DNA of 55,901 bases from Cyanobacteria bacterium J06638_22 (GTDB lineage: Bacteria > Cyanobacteriota > Cyanobacteriia > Elainellales > Elainellaceae): NCBI GenBank assembly GCA_039819145.1, contig JBCBSL010000001.1, forward strand, positions 1 through 55,901, in the 5' to 3' direction. This document shows, piece after piece, positions 9,435-19,802 of the stretch (within the stretch, counting starts at the first letter, position 1; each line of letters begins with the position of its first letter). Under the pieces are notes generated by a model that worked only from the letters and a program-made list of their open reading frames with translations, made no database searches and was not told where the DNA came from. A program made the translations under genes and the position numbers.

Positions 9435-12400
9435 CTAAGGGCATTGGGGTGGACGAGGATTGGGGCCTGAGCCACACAACCCGGCTAGCAAATTGTCCAT
9501 GTAAGGATCATCCGCTGGAGGTTCTGAATAGAACTCATTCCGGCGTGGCTGAAGCGATACGAAGCGCTGAGAAACAGGACCTGCTGGGGCATATTGCAAG
9601 GCCACATCATAACCCCAACGACGATTGGGAGGCCGATAGTATCTGATCCGCTCACCACCGTAATCGGGTGCGCTAGGCGACCAAACATCCTGGTCAAATG
9701 GGCCTGTGGTCTGAGTGCTGAAGTTCAACTGAATAATCGAACCCGAAATAAACAGATTTCTTCCACCCCAGCTTTCCAAGAACCGTGGGAAGTTGTGCAA
9801 TCCGCCGTAGGATTGCCCCTCTTTGGAAGGAACCAGCCCACTAATCAAAATCATGTTCATTCGTTGGCCGTTCGTGCCGTTGTTAAGGGGCTTATTCTCT
9901 TCAAACCTATAGTAGTTGCCTGCGTAGATGGGTTCATTGGCGAGGCTAGCTTCTGCCGTCCAGGGGTTACCATTTGGCGACACATAAATTGGCGAGGTTC
10001 CTTCCGCAAAGTTGAAGTCACCCGCAGCAGTTCCTGTGCCATCTTTCCCATACCCCAACCCACCATCAGCCACATCCGTGCGGAACCAACGCCAGTTCGG
10101 TGCTTGGGTTGCAAGAGATTGGTTTGGGTTGGTTCTTGGGCGGTTCTGATTTAGGTAAGAGGAGATATTCTGGTTACAGCCATAACGCTGACGGGTCGCA
10201 TTGTTTAGATTCGCTCCCCCTCCATTACCTGCAGTGATGAAGCTGTCCTCAATGCTGCCATCACAGAAGTTGTTGGAGAGGATAGATACGCCATCTGCGA
10301 GGATCTCACTGGGCCGCCAGGTATCCGTTGCCGGACGGGCAAAATCTGGATTCAGGTTATTGCGACCATAGAAATTGCCAAAGTTTACTTGCAACGCCTC
10401 GTTGAATTCCTCTTCCGGATTGGCCGCGTCATTGTGCAAGTTGAAATTCCCTTTCACATAGGCAGCGTTGTCGCTAATGAAAGACAATCCACGACCCTCG
10501 TCACCAGGGCGATCCACCCGCGCACCATTTTGAACGCGGAACCCGTGGGGGCGGCGATCGGGGTCGGGGAAGTAATCAACGGGCTTCGGAGAAATCCGGT
10601 TGTTGGCATTGAGTGGTGGATCTTGCGAACTCACAGCACTGCGGTTGGTGAGCATCTGACAAGTATTGGTTGTGCGCAGATCTGTTTCGGTATTGCAGGC
10701 CGTCCAAGCCGCTGCTGCCGGACGAACAATATTGAGTTCTGAAACGGCATCTTCTCGGAACGCGTAGATTACGCCTGACAGTGGCAACCAAAAATCATTC
10801 GTTAGGTTCCGGTTTTGTTGGCGAATGAAGTTGACATTGACATCCAATACCCGGACAGCTAACATCTCACGTCCGTTAAATATGCCTGAATCTTTGAATG
10901 GTAACCGCCAAAACTCCTGACCTGCACGGTTCAGTTCACCTGCACTATCGAGTAAGCACACATCATCTTCACATACCTTGACGAGGGTATCGCCGCTGAC
11001 GGTGGGCGTATTATTTGGTGAAACTGCGGTGGTCACAACCGGTAGTCGCCAATCGGCAGCATTCATACGGCGGGGGTAGGCAACAATGGCTTCTACCTGC
11101 TCTTCAGTCAATGACTGATAGGCAAATCCTCCTCCGTTTACATCAGCACGACCGATATAGTTACGAGTTTGTGGGTCACTACTATCGATGCGATCGCGAG
11201 TAAAGTTCCGCCCTTCGTCGGCCTCTAGAGTATTAATATCACCGTGCTCATTTCGACCAACTTCACCACCTAAATCAGGAGAGGGAAAAATGCTGTACAG
11301 AGCTGGATAGCGGGGTCGCCAAGAACAGAGATAGCGGATAGAGTCGCCCGGAGTTCCACCAGGAGCGTTCTGCATACCGCGACAGCCTCTAACCTGAGCA
11401 CCAGCAGGTCCATACAAGCCAGCAAATGGCCCGTCACTCAGAGTTTGTGTTCGGTTCGCCGCTACACCGCTACCATAAAAACCCCAAACACGATCCCGGG
11501 CGACCTGTTCTTTATTGATGATCAACTGGGCTAGAGCAATGAAGGCATTCATTTCCTCCTTGGTATAGGTCACAGCTGTTCCAGGAATGGTGTAGTTAGC
11601 TGGCATCTCATCCCGCCAGCGCTCCAACAGCCTCACATAGGTTTGTGGTTGATTGACTAGGCCATTTGCATCATTCAGACCAGCCCCAATATATTGAGGG
11701 TTTTCTCCCGTCCCTGTATCGGTATTATTGTTCAGACTGTAGTCATGAATCGTTGGAACCAGACCCAGAGGTGTGAGAACGGGTCCCCGTGCTGGCGTCC
11801 CATCACCGCTGTTGATGAGTGCTCGAATAAGCCCCCGCAAACCTGTGTAGTATTGCGTCGGATTACTTGCCCTAGCTGCCGTTTCTGCTGCGATAGATGG
11901 ATATGCGTTACCCATCAATGCCGGTGGCAGCTGATCGGGTTGGAATTTTGCAAGGTAGTCTAAGTTGTAAGCCAGCATCCCCAGCATGCAAGTAGCGCTA
12001 TTGAGCGTGGCCTTGTCGGCGGGGGGCATCGTAGCGTATGTATAGGTTCCATTATCCAGATTTTGCAAGACTCGGCGCAATATGGAGAAGTCTCCATACA
12101 TGGACAATGCAGGGAAAGGATGCACCAAGTTGTCCTGAATTGGCTCAAAGGATGGAGCACCGCCGCGCGGATCGCCAGCGAAGTGTGCCAGGTTATTCAG
12201 TGCAACGCGAAGCGGTGATGTAACAGGGGTGATGGAGGATGGAGGTATTGAGTAGTCGTTAATGTAACTGTCACGAAATTCATACTCCCAACCGTTCGTC
12301 CCTTTACCTTGCAAGAAGTCACTGAGAACAGGGATCTCATTCGCCGTTCCATCTCGATAATCGGCCCGTCCGGCTGAGATGGTATTGCTAAATGCATTAT

Positions 12401-14399
12401 TGGGAAGACCATAGGCGAGATCCTGGAAGGTCGCACTGTTATCCAGTGTTCCTCCTGTGCCTGGGTGAACCGTTGATGCCATACAAGCCAAGGGGCGATC
12501 CAGGTCAGTTGTACCAGCCTGAGACGCATGGTAGACCACCATGGCTTGTACCGCCGCCAAGTTGTCCCATAAACTTCGACGCTGTCGAGCTTCTTCACAG
12601 CGGGCATTGTTGTCGTTGTTCGCTGCGTTGTTGTAGTCTCGGCAGGCGTTGTTCACGGCTCCCGATGGCGTGGCAAATGGCCGGAGGGCTTCACGAAGGG
12701 AGTCTCGCTCATCGCCCGTTCGCAAAACAGGGCCACCCCAGCCAGCCGGGTCGCCCAGCTCCAGACGCTGTCCGACAATCAAACGCATCCCTTCAAAGCG
12801 GGCGCGGCGCTCCCAATAGCCATCAAGCCCCAGTTCGCCGACATCGCCACCGGCCGCAGGGGCGTTGCCTACCAGTTGGACAACAGTGTCTGGAATACGT
12901 TCGCCAATGCTTCCTGGAACAGGCAAATCGCTAGTGTACTGGGGTTTTGGCCCATAGCGATTGTCTGCCCGATAGGTATCGTCCACATAGGGCACTTCCA
13001 CTGCTTGGTCGGGTGTGATGAGGCGTCGCTGAGCGAAATCTGTGTCGTCCCAGTCTGCCCGACGGGTACCAAAAGCAGCCGGGTTACGATGGGCTGACTC
13101 TCCCCGAGTAAATAGAATTACTGGGTCGATGGCATAATCGACGGGATTCAAGCCCCCTTCATTAACGGAGTCATTTCCCCGGTCAAACGCTTGGTTTTGG
13201 ATAGGGTTGCGTCCCGCCCCATCCCACAGGTCAAATCGATGGGTGCGGCCATCCCAATTTGTTCGTCCTGTGAATCCATTGAGGAATTGCCCCTGAAATG
13301 CAGGAATTAAACCCTCCGCATCTGTCCGTTCGCCATATTGGGCGATTGAAACCTCGGACGCATCTTCGGTGTAAAGGCATGAATCTGGGTCACTAATCAT
13401 GAACCCCCGGAAACTACCGTTCCCCAACATCAAATTGCCTTCGGTGTGCATGGCCCCATTCCAGTTGAATTGAGGCCCTGGGAAAATCTCCAAGTCGTAG
13501 CGGAACCAGGCTCCCCATTTATTACCCCTATCCAACTGGCGATCGAGCTGCATTTCCAGGGTCGAAACTGGAAGGTTAGCGCGATCAGGCAGCACGTAAG
13601 CGTCGACCTGAAAGTTTTTGTACAGAACCGCAGTATTTCCTCCAGAGGGCGGCAACCATCCTTGCTGGGGGACAACCGCACCCGCACCTGCGCAGAGCGG
13701 GTCGCCTTGGTTGGAGATACTCAGCGGTGTGCCACGCACCAGCATGTTCTGGGCACGGTTGGCCAGGTTGCCTTGGGTCGTGTCGGATAGTGCAGCCTCA
13801 TCCAACCGCATGGAAATGGTGTAAACCACAGTGGCATCTTCTGTACCATCACCATCTGTGTCGGTTCGGTAGCGCCAAGCATTGTCTGCCCCTGCATCTC
13901 CGGCATAGGAAGTGCCGACATCAATACGCGTTTCGTCTTCGAAGGTGTAAGGATCGCCACCACGGGGGTGGGGACTAATAACGGCCCCATCGATCGTGGC
14001 ACCGTTGAGCATCATCCCCATCAACACATTTTCACTAGGAACCCCGCCGGGATAGCGAGGGTCGCTGTCGGAATCGAACAAGAAGCTCAGCTTCGATCGC
14101 GCGCGATCGACAGCGGGAGTGGCGGCGTTGTAGATAACTCGCTGCTGCCGATCAGTAATTGTTTCGGTCGTGCGGGTATAGGTGCGAAACACGATCGCTC
14201 CCACCGTGAGCAGTACGACCATAACCAGCAGGATGGTGGTCGGCAAGACGAAACCTGCACGGCTGAGGCGGGATTGTCGTCCCACCATGAGTAGAGTTCG
14301 CAGCAGCCAATGCACGAGCGATCGGGTCAGATTTCTGACAGCTTTGAGAATTTGAGCGGTCGAGGTCTGAATCGCTCGATACAGTTTGCGAGTGGACAT
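9435..14399 (-). CDS. hpsA: hormogonium polysaccharide biosynthesis protein HpsA-like giant pilin-anchored protein (1654 aa)
   Basis: N-terminal G|FVLPT pilin-like helix, AATPAVDRARSKL, NKWGAWFRYDLEIFPG, GGLHNFPRFLE and PPNRRWGYDV motifs recalled from cyanobacterial HpsA; followed by three pseudopilins as in the Nostoc hpsA-D order. Confidence 0.8.
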   Translation of the reverse strand: MSTRKLYRAIQTSTAQILKAVRNLTRSLVHWLLRTLLMVGRQSRLSRAGFVLPTTILLVMVVLLTVGAIVFRTYTRTTETITDRQQRVIYNAATPAVDRARSKLSFLFDSDSDPRYPGGVPSENVLMGMMLNGATIDGAVISPHPRGGDPYTFEDETRIDVGTSYAGDAGADNAWRYRTDTDGDGTEDATVVYTISMRLDEAALSDTTQGNLANRAQNMLVRGTPLSISNQGDPLCAGAGAVVPQQGWLPPSGGNTAVLYKNFQVDAYVLPDRANLPVSTLEMQLDRQLDRGNKWGAWFRYDLEIFPGPQFNWNGAMHTEGNLMLGNGSFRGFMISDPDSCLYTEDASEVSIAQYGERTDAEGLIPAFQGQFLNGFTGRTNWDGRTHRFDLWDGAGRNPIQNQAFDRGNDSVNEGGLNPVDYAIDPVILFTRGESAHRNPAAFGTRRADWDDTDFAQRRLITPDQAVEVPYVDDTYRADNRYGPKPQYTSDLPVPGSIGERIPDTVVQLVGNAPAAGGDVGELGLDGYWERRARFEGMRLIVGQRLELGDPAGWGGPVLRTGDERDSLREALRPFATPSGAVNNACRDYNNAANNDNNARCEEARQRRSLWDNLAAVQAMVVYHASQAGTTDLDRPLACMASTVHPGTGGTLDNSATFQDLAYGLPNNAFSNTISAGRADYRDGTANEIPVLSDFLQGKGTNGWEYEFRDSYINDYSIPPSSITPVTSPLRVALNNLAHFAGDPRGGAPSFEPIQDNLVHPFPALSMYGDFSILRRVLQNLDNGTYTYATMPPADKATLNSATCMLGMLAYNLDYLAKFQPDQLPPALMGNAYPSIAAETAARASNPTQYYTGLRGLIRALINSGDGTPARGPVLTPLGLVPTIHDYSLNNNTDTGTGENPQYIGAGLNDANGLVNQPQTYVRLLERWRDEMPANYTIPGTAVTYTKEEMNAFIALAQLIINKEQVARDRVWGFYGSGVAANRTQTLSDGPFAGLYGPAGAQVRGCRGMQNAPGGTPGDSIRYLCSWRPRYPALYSIFPSPDLGGEVGRNEHGDINTLEADEGRNFTRDRIDSSDPQTRNYIGRADVNGGGFAYQSLTEEQVEAIVAYPRRMNAADWRLPVVTTAVSPNNTPTVSGDTLVKVCEDDVCLLDSAGELNRAGQEFWRLPFKDSGIFNGREMLAVRVLDVNVNFIRQQNRNLTNDFWLPLSGVIYAFREDAVSELNIVRPAAAAWTACNTETDLRTTNTCQMLTNRSAVSSQDPPLNANNRISPKPVDYFPDPDRRPHGFRVQNGARVDRPGDEGRGLSFISDNAAYVKGNFNLHNDAANPEEEFNEALQVNFGNFYGRNNLNPDFARPATDTWRPSEILADGVSILSNNFCDGSIEDSFITAGNGGGANLNNATRQRYGCNQNISSYLNQNRPRTNPNQSLATQAPNWRWFRTDVADGGLGYGKDGTGTAAGDFNFAEGTSPIYVSPNGNPWTAEASLANEPIYAGNYYRFEENKPLNNGTNGQRMNMILISGLVPSKEGQSYGGLHNFPRFLESWGGRNLFISGSIIQLNFSTQTTGPFDQDVWSPSAPDYGGERIRYYRPPNRRWGYDVALQYAPAGPVSQRFVSLQPRRNEFYSEPPADDPYMDNLLAGLCGSGPNPRPPQCP

Positions 14400-15063
14400 T
14401 GTCGCCTTCCTATCGCTAAAGAGGTCGGGTGTTCAGATGAATGTGCGCGGACGAGCCGTAATTTTGCCCTGAAGCCCATCGCTTCGCATCGGAATGTACT
14501 GCCTGGGGGATGCTTTACCTACAGTTTTAATACATCAATCGCAATTATAAGAACTATAGGAAAGCGAACTCACTTGGATTTCACATCGACAGCACACGAA
14601 ATAAAGAAGGATGGTCAACAGGGAGAAGGAACGACTGGCGAGATACTTCGCTGGAGTCTGGTGAGCTTTGCCTAAGCGGGGTAGAACTCAAAGGGACGCC
14701 TGGGATAATCGAGTTGAAAAAACTTGGCTCTGAAAATGCAGAAGATTAGGTGAGCAAAGCACTCTAAAAATTTTTCTGAGAGTAGTCTACGCCTGTAGAA
14801 AAAACCATAGAGAGATAGAAGCATAGCCACGCTACGAGACGCGTTAAATGCAATTGGGATGCCCTGCATTTCAGAGGGAAGTGAGATCGTAAGAGGGAGC
14901 TACCTTTCGGGGTCGCCAACAAAAACCTCAAAGGTTTCTCTTAAAAAAGAGAGTAGAGCAATATCAGGCAATGAAATGAGCTGGAGGCAAATCGGAGTAT
15001 GTATTAGGGATCGATTGAGCGCCTGGGAGTTCCCTGATGATCAGGGTGACAGATTGTAAGCAG

Positions 15064-15091
15064 GATGAAAAAGGCGATCGCCTTTTTCATC
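15064..15091. repeat. perfect 28-bp palindrome centred on HIP1
   Basis: GATGAAAAAGGCGATCGCCTTTTTCATC reads the same on both strands. Confidence 0.8.
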
Positions 15092-15558
15092 GCTGTCCAA
15101 ATCTATACTTGTCTGCACCTATGGGGTCTGCCCGTAAAAATTCTTAGAGTGCTAGCAAACCTGCTTGGCTCGTCTTTGGACTTACTGTGGCAGAACGATA
15201 ACGAAGCAAAACGAGATATTACATGAGTTTGATGCCTATGTTACCCTCTGCCTTCCAAAGAACGATCAGGTGAACGAATAATTTACTCGGATTTTTATTT
15301 TGCCGCCTGGGATAAACCTGATGCCGGGGACACCTTGTTTGTTACAAGGTACATGAATACATTGTCAACAGAATGTATTCCTGATGCAACCAGAAAATGA
15401 TGGAGATTTTTCCGGATTTGATGCAGTGCGCGATTCCCCCCTCCCGATTGAGATTCATTGAGACTCCAGAAGCCAAGGGTAAATTCGTTTCGAGAAGGGA
15501 CGTGGTAACTCCTTGCTTGGAAAAATTCATCTTCCTAAGCCGTGTGCCAACTCACATT

Positions 15559-15661
15559 TATAGCGCTACGCGCTCAGATAGAACCAAATCATTTTTTGAA
15601 AGCTGCGCGTCGCGCGGCTTTCAAAAAATGATTTGTCCTAATCTCAATGCGTAAGGCTATA
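15559..15661. mobile_element. MITE-like element, family D
   Basis: TATAGCGCTACGCGCTCAG...CTCAATGCGTAAGGCTATA with long internal hairpin AAATCATTTTTTGAAAGC/GCTTTCAAAAAATGATTT; near-identical inverted copy at 34240-34342. Confidence 0.8.
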
Positions 15662-15717
15662 GCAGGAATTGTTGACCGTTTTACGCTGTGGAGTGGCATA
15701 AGAGTCAAACTTTGTTG

Positions 15718-15821
15718 TATTGCGCTACGTGCTTGCGTGAAACCTAGCCACTTTTTGAAAGCTCCGCAATACAAGGATTTCAAAAAGTGATCGGGCCTAT
15801 ATTGCAACATGGAAAGCTATA
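15718..15821. mobile_element. diverged MITE-like element related to family D
   Basis: TATTGCGCTACG...GAAAGCTATA ends and CACTTTTTGAAA/TTTCAAAAAGTG hairpin. Confidence 0.5.
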
Positions 15822-15839
15822 TCTTTAAAGAAAGCAACA

Positions 15840-15872
15840 AAAGGAAAGCTCTCCAAGTAAGGGCTTTCCTTT
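15840..15872 (-). terminator. probable intrinsic terminator downstream of rpmB
   Basis: AAAGGAAAGCTC...GGGCTTTCCTTT hairpin followed on the minus strand by T-rich sequence, ~100 bp after the rpmB stop. Confidence 0.5.
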
Positions 15873-15978
15873 CGAATCTCAATTGTTGATGAAATGACTG
15901 GGAAGACGCAACGACGAAAGCCAATTTAGCTCAGCCCAGCATTGATCAGACTGTGACCTTGCCAAGACACGGCGCTCA

Positions 15979-16215
15979 CTAAAACTTGTTTAGGTTAATG
16001 CCAGCTTCTTTTGCCATGGCATCGAGGCCTTTCTTCTCTAACGTCTTGATGGCTTTGGTTGAGAGGCGCAACTTGACCCACCGCTTGCCTTGAGGCCACC
16101 AAACGCGCTTGGTCTGTAGATTGACCTGCTGCAACTTCTTGGTACGGCGGTGGGAGTGGGAGATTGCACGGGCGTTATTCGCTCTCTTGCCCGTCAGGTC
16201 ACAAACGCGAGACAT
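15979..16215 (-). CDS. rpmB: 50S ribosomal protein L28
   Basis: [10 protein letters not shown]...[16 protein letters not shown]...[14 protein letters not shown], 78 aa. Confidence 0.97.
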   Translation of the reverse strand: MSRVCDLTGKRANNARAISHSHRRTKKLQQVNLQTKRVWWPQGKRWVKLRLSTKAIKTLEKKGLDAMAKEAGINLNKF

Positions 16216-16329
16216 AGCTTCTGAGAAATTTAAAAGTGCTTTTCTAGGATAGCAGGTCTAACCCAGAATTTTTTGACTTTGCGCTTGAAATTTTCGATGG
16301 CGCGCAACGGTCATCTGTTCCTCGGTCAC

Positions 16330-16436
16330 TAATCTCAAATCCGGTAGAAGAACCCACCTATCGTTTGCGCCCGCTACATTGCAGCGGGCGCAAACGATAG
16401 GTGGGTCTTACGGTTGTGTAACCGGATTTTAGACTA
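16330..16436. mobile_element. MITE-like element, family E
   Basis: TAATCTCAAATCCGG...CCGGATTTTAGACTA terminal IRs; 24-bp perfect internal stem 16352-16406; related ends at 34064-34150. Confidence 0.7.
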
Positions 16437-16609
16437 CTCCGAATTGGGGCTAACTCAGGTCTTAAACCTAGCTCGTGAGAGCTTTGTTACGCGTAGACTG
16501 TTACGCGTAACAAAGATGCTGATGCGCTCACGTCTCCAGCATCAATTCTTTGTCAGAGGCTTTGCGAGGGGTGATCGCCCCTCATGCTTTCAACCCACTC
16601 AACTAACCG

Positions 16610-18574
16610 CTAGGCGTTAGTGAGACGGGTCAAGACGCGATTGGATCGTTCGACAAATGCCTTCATTCCCTCCGCGTCAAAGCCCTTCTGCGCCATCAGC
16701 GCTAGGTCATAGATGTGCTGGCACAGCAGCGTGGTCATCTCATTGCCTGAAGACGAGCCATCAGGTTGGATGATGCTGCCTTTGTTCAGGGAGAGCAAAT
16801 TGTCGACCAGCGGGTGAGACGTGTTGACCAGCAGTGTGTGATCTTCAGGGAACTCAGCACTTTGTTGCTGGAAGAGGGCGCTCATTTCCTGCATCCGGCG
16901 CGTGCTTTCAGATACCAGCACCATCGCAGGAGGGGCACTTTCGCCATCCGACTTCAGCGCTTCGGTGCGAATCGTGACTTTAGGCTTGTTCAGAGCCGTC
17001 TCAAAGATTTCTTTGACTTGCTCGGCACGGGTTTTGTTGTTGCTGGGGTCAACGATTTCAGATTCCTTCTCTTTGTCGATCAGGGTATCGTCGAGGTCAG
17101 CATCCACTCGGGAGAAGTTCACCTCAGAATATTCGCGCTCCAAGAAGCCGACGAAATGCGTGTCGATGAAGGAATCCATAAACAGCACTTCCAGCCCCTG
17201 GCTCTCGAACAACTCAATGTAGGTCGCCTGGGCGGACTCATCTGTGGCATAAAAAACACGGTTCTCGTGCTTTTCCTTGTTACGTTCCAGATAATCTTTC
17301 AGGGTCGTATAGGGTAGCGCTGCATTAGTGTCTCGGGAGCTATCTTGCCAAACATCGCCTTCTGCGGTTTCAACCTGAACTTTCGGAGTATCCGTTACAG
17401 CTTCGGCCACATGGGTTGTGCGGAAAATGAGAATGTCTTCGACCTGTTTTTTGAACTTGTCGTCGTTCATGGAACCAAACTTGACGAAGGTTCCCAGATC
17501 TTGCCAGCTCTGAACATAGGCTGGGTAGTCTTCGCGATACAGCTCCTTGAGGCGATCGCCCACCTTCTTCGCAATGTAGTCGGCAATGCGACGAACGGTG
17601 CGATCGTTCTGCAAAAAGCTACGGGAGACATTCAGCGGAATATCGGTGCTATCGATTACGCCCCGCAATGGCAGCAGGAATCGGGGAATGATTTCCTCGC
17701 AGTTGTCGCTGACAAACACCTGATTGCAGAACAGCTTGATCTGCCCCTTCGTGACATCCACGTCCGGGCGTAGCTTGGGAAAATACAGAATGCCGTTGAC
17801 GACAAACGGATAGTCAGTATTGAGATGAACCCAGAGCAGCGGCTCCTCCTGGAAGGGATAGAGATAGCGGTAGAATTCGAGGTAATCTTCGCGGCTAAGG
17901 GTGGTGGGCGATTCCTTCCAAAGCGCTTTCTGGCGATTGATCTGTTCCCCATCCAGGTAGATGGGGAATGGCATGAAGTCGCAATACTTGCGGATCAGCT
18001 CCTTGATGCGGGAGGCTTCGAGATATTCAGCTTCTTCCTCTTGCAGGGTGAGGATGATTGTTGTGCCGTGACTTGGGCGGCTGCCTTCGGCAATCTTGAA
18101 TTCGGTAGACCCGTCGCAAGCCCAGTTCACCGAGGTTGCACCCTCTTGGTAGGACAGGGTTTCGATTTCGACATGCTGCGCCACCATGAAGGAGGAGTAG
18201 AAGCCCAAGCCAAAATGACCAATAATCTGCTGGTCATTACTGCCTTTGTATTTCTCAACAAACTCTTCAGCGCTGGAGAAGGCGACCTGATTGATGTATT
18301 TCTTCACCTCGTCAGTGGTCATGCCGATGCCATTGTCGGCGATCGTCAAGGTCTTCTTCTCTTTGTCGAGGGTGATTTCAATTTTCGGTTCAGATAGATC
18401 GCCGGAAAACTCGCCTGTCCGCGCGACCATGTTGAGCTTCTGGATGGCGTCAACGGCGTTAGAAACTAGCTCTCGTAGGAAGATCTCATGATCAGAATAG
18501 AGCCACTTCTTGATAATGGGAAAAATATTCTCGGTATGGATGGAAATATTACCCTGTTCCAGAATCGTCGCCAT
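16610..18574 (-). CDS. htpG: molecular chaperone HtpG (Hsp90)
   Basis: EIFLRELVSNAVDA, DNGIGMT, IGHFGLGFYSSF, IPLNVSRSFLQ. Confidence 0.97.
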   Translation of the reverse strand: MATILEQGNISIHTENIFPIIKKWLYSDHEIFLRELVSNAVDAIQKLNMVARTGEFSGDLSEPKIEITLDKEKKTLTIADNGIGMTTDEVKKYINQVAFSSAEEFVEKYKGSNDQQIIGHFGLGFYSSFMVAQHVEIETLSYQEGATSVNWACDGSTEFKIAEGSRPSHGTTIILTLQEEEAEYLEASRIKELIRKYCDFMPFPIYLDGEQINRQKALWKESPTTLSREDYLEFYRYLYPFQEEPLLWVHLNTDYPFVVNGILYFPKLRPDVDVTKGQIKLFCNQVFVSDNCEEIIPRFLLPLRGVIDSTDIPLNVSRSFLQNDRTVRRIADYIAKKVGDRLKELYREDYPAYVQSWQDLGTFVKFGSMNDDKFKKQVEDILIFRTTHVAEAVTDTPKVQVETAEGDVWQDSSRDTNAALPYTTLKDYLERNKEKHENRVFYATDESAQATYIELFESQGLEVLFMDSFIDTHFVGFLEREYSEVNFSRVDADLDDTLIDKEKESEIVDPSNNKTRAEQVKEIFETALNKPKVTIRTEALKSDGESAPPAMVLVSESTRRMQEMSALFQQQSAEFPEDHTLLVNTSHPLVDNLLSLNKGSIIQPDGSSSGNEMTTLLCQHIYDLALMAQKGFDAEGMKAFVERSNRVLTRLTNA

Positions 18575-18752
18575 AATTCTCCGTCGGGATTGAATCAGTG
18601 GACAGTCGTGAAAATAGTTGTACGCAAAGTTATGCGAGATGAGCTATGCGAAACGCTAATAGCCACAATGCGATCGCCCTCATGCCAGAGCCAAGGCTGC
18701 CCGCATGATGAAGATCACTCCCCATTATTTAACACGGCTCACCGAATGACAG

Positions 18753-18768
18753 ATTCGGATTTCCTCAC
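18753..18768. promoter_or_regulatory. possible K-box/Rre1-type heat-shock regulatory site upstream of htpG
   Basis: ATTCGGATTTCCTCAC resembles the recalled K-box consensus GTTCGG-NNAN-CCNNAC with 2 mismatches; ~180 bp upstream of htpG. Confidence 0.3.
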
Positions 18769-18777
18769 CTGAGAGGC

Positions 18778-18907
18778 TAGGGGCTGTCATCAATAGGTGT
18801 CAAAGTCCTTCCACAGAAGCGTGTACAGCCCCTAGCTCATGCTATTAGAGCGGGCGCGTAAACACTTACCCTGCAAGGCTTCTGCAATCAATTGATGACG
18901 CGCCCTA
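18778..18907. mobile_element. MITE-like element, family F
   Basis: 17-bp imperfect terminal IRs TAGGGGCTGTCATCAAT / ATTGATGACGCGCCCTA. Confidence 0.6.
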
Positions 18908-18940
18908 AACGACTCGCTCCGTAGCTCGAAGATCGGTCGC

Positions 18941-19309
18941 CTATCGGTTTTCACTGGTGAGGCTAAAGGCGCGGAAATACTTGGCTTGCTGCTCAATTCG
19001 AGTTGCGAGGCGATCGCACACTAAATTACATAGCTCATAGATGAGTTCGTCATCCACCTTATAGAACGCGGATGTCCCTTCGGTTCGCCGGGAGAGAATG
19101 CCAATCTGTACCATGACTTTCAGGTGTTTGGAGACGTTCGCCTGACTTGTAGAGGTGGCTTCAACCAAATCCTGTACACACTTCTCACCTTCCCGCAAAA
19201 CATTGAGAATGCGGAGGCGCGTGGGTTCACTGAGCACTCCGAAGTATTCAGCCACTTGCTGCACAACTTCGGAGGGAGCCGAATCGGGAAGTTGCATACC
19301 GTTCTTCAT
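18941..19309 (-). CDS. ArsR/SmtB family transcriptional regulator
   Basis: LSEPTRLRIL...CVQDLVE...SQANVSKHLKVM winged-HTH signature. Confidence 0.9.
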   Translation of the reverse strand: MKNGMQLPDSAPSEVVQQVAEYFGVLSEPTRLRILNVLREGEKCVQDLVEATSTSQANVSKHLKVMVQIGILSRRTEGTSAFYKVDDELIYELCNLVCDRLATRIEQQAKYFRAFSLTSENR

Positions 19310-19802
19310 TCGTCCATAGCGTTGGAACGATAGACCTTAACAGATTACCGTGAGACGGGGGATCGCGATCGCGCAATTCTAAAACTTTGCGCTCCCTTCA
19401 TGTGGGTGGGGATCACCACTTAGTCACGAAAGTCCCTGAGAATGGGGGTTTTAGACTAAGACCTCAAAACGTATCCTCGATTCTTCCAGAAGGAAATGAG
19501 GGCAATCGGGATATTTTCTATTGTGTGATGGAGATTCTACCGAATCTTACCCATAAACAAAATCGAAGCAGAGTAATGGATGAGACGTTTTCGAGAATGA
19601 GAGCAAGAAATTGTTCGTTTGGTGGGTTCAATCGTCGAGAATCTGTAGCTGCAAGGTTGTGACGGGTTGAGTAAGAGAAATTTAGCGGTTAGCGGTTGCA
19701 GCGTCGATTTGTATCGTTTGTGGCCTGATTCAGGGGGTTCTGTATCCATTGATGGCGTGAACGCAATAGGTGCCTACCATCAACGAAATGCAGGAGTCTG
19801 GG

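Noticed and set aside
15240-15246. GGGTAAC on the minus strand as a SigF/SigJ-type promoter for hpsA
   Set aside because: Short motif ~840 bp from the start codon; expected by chance without TSS data
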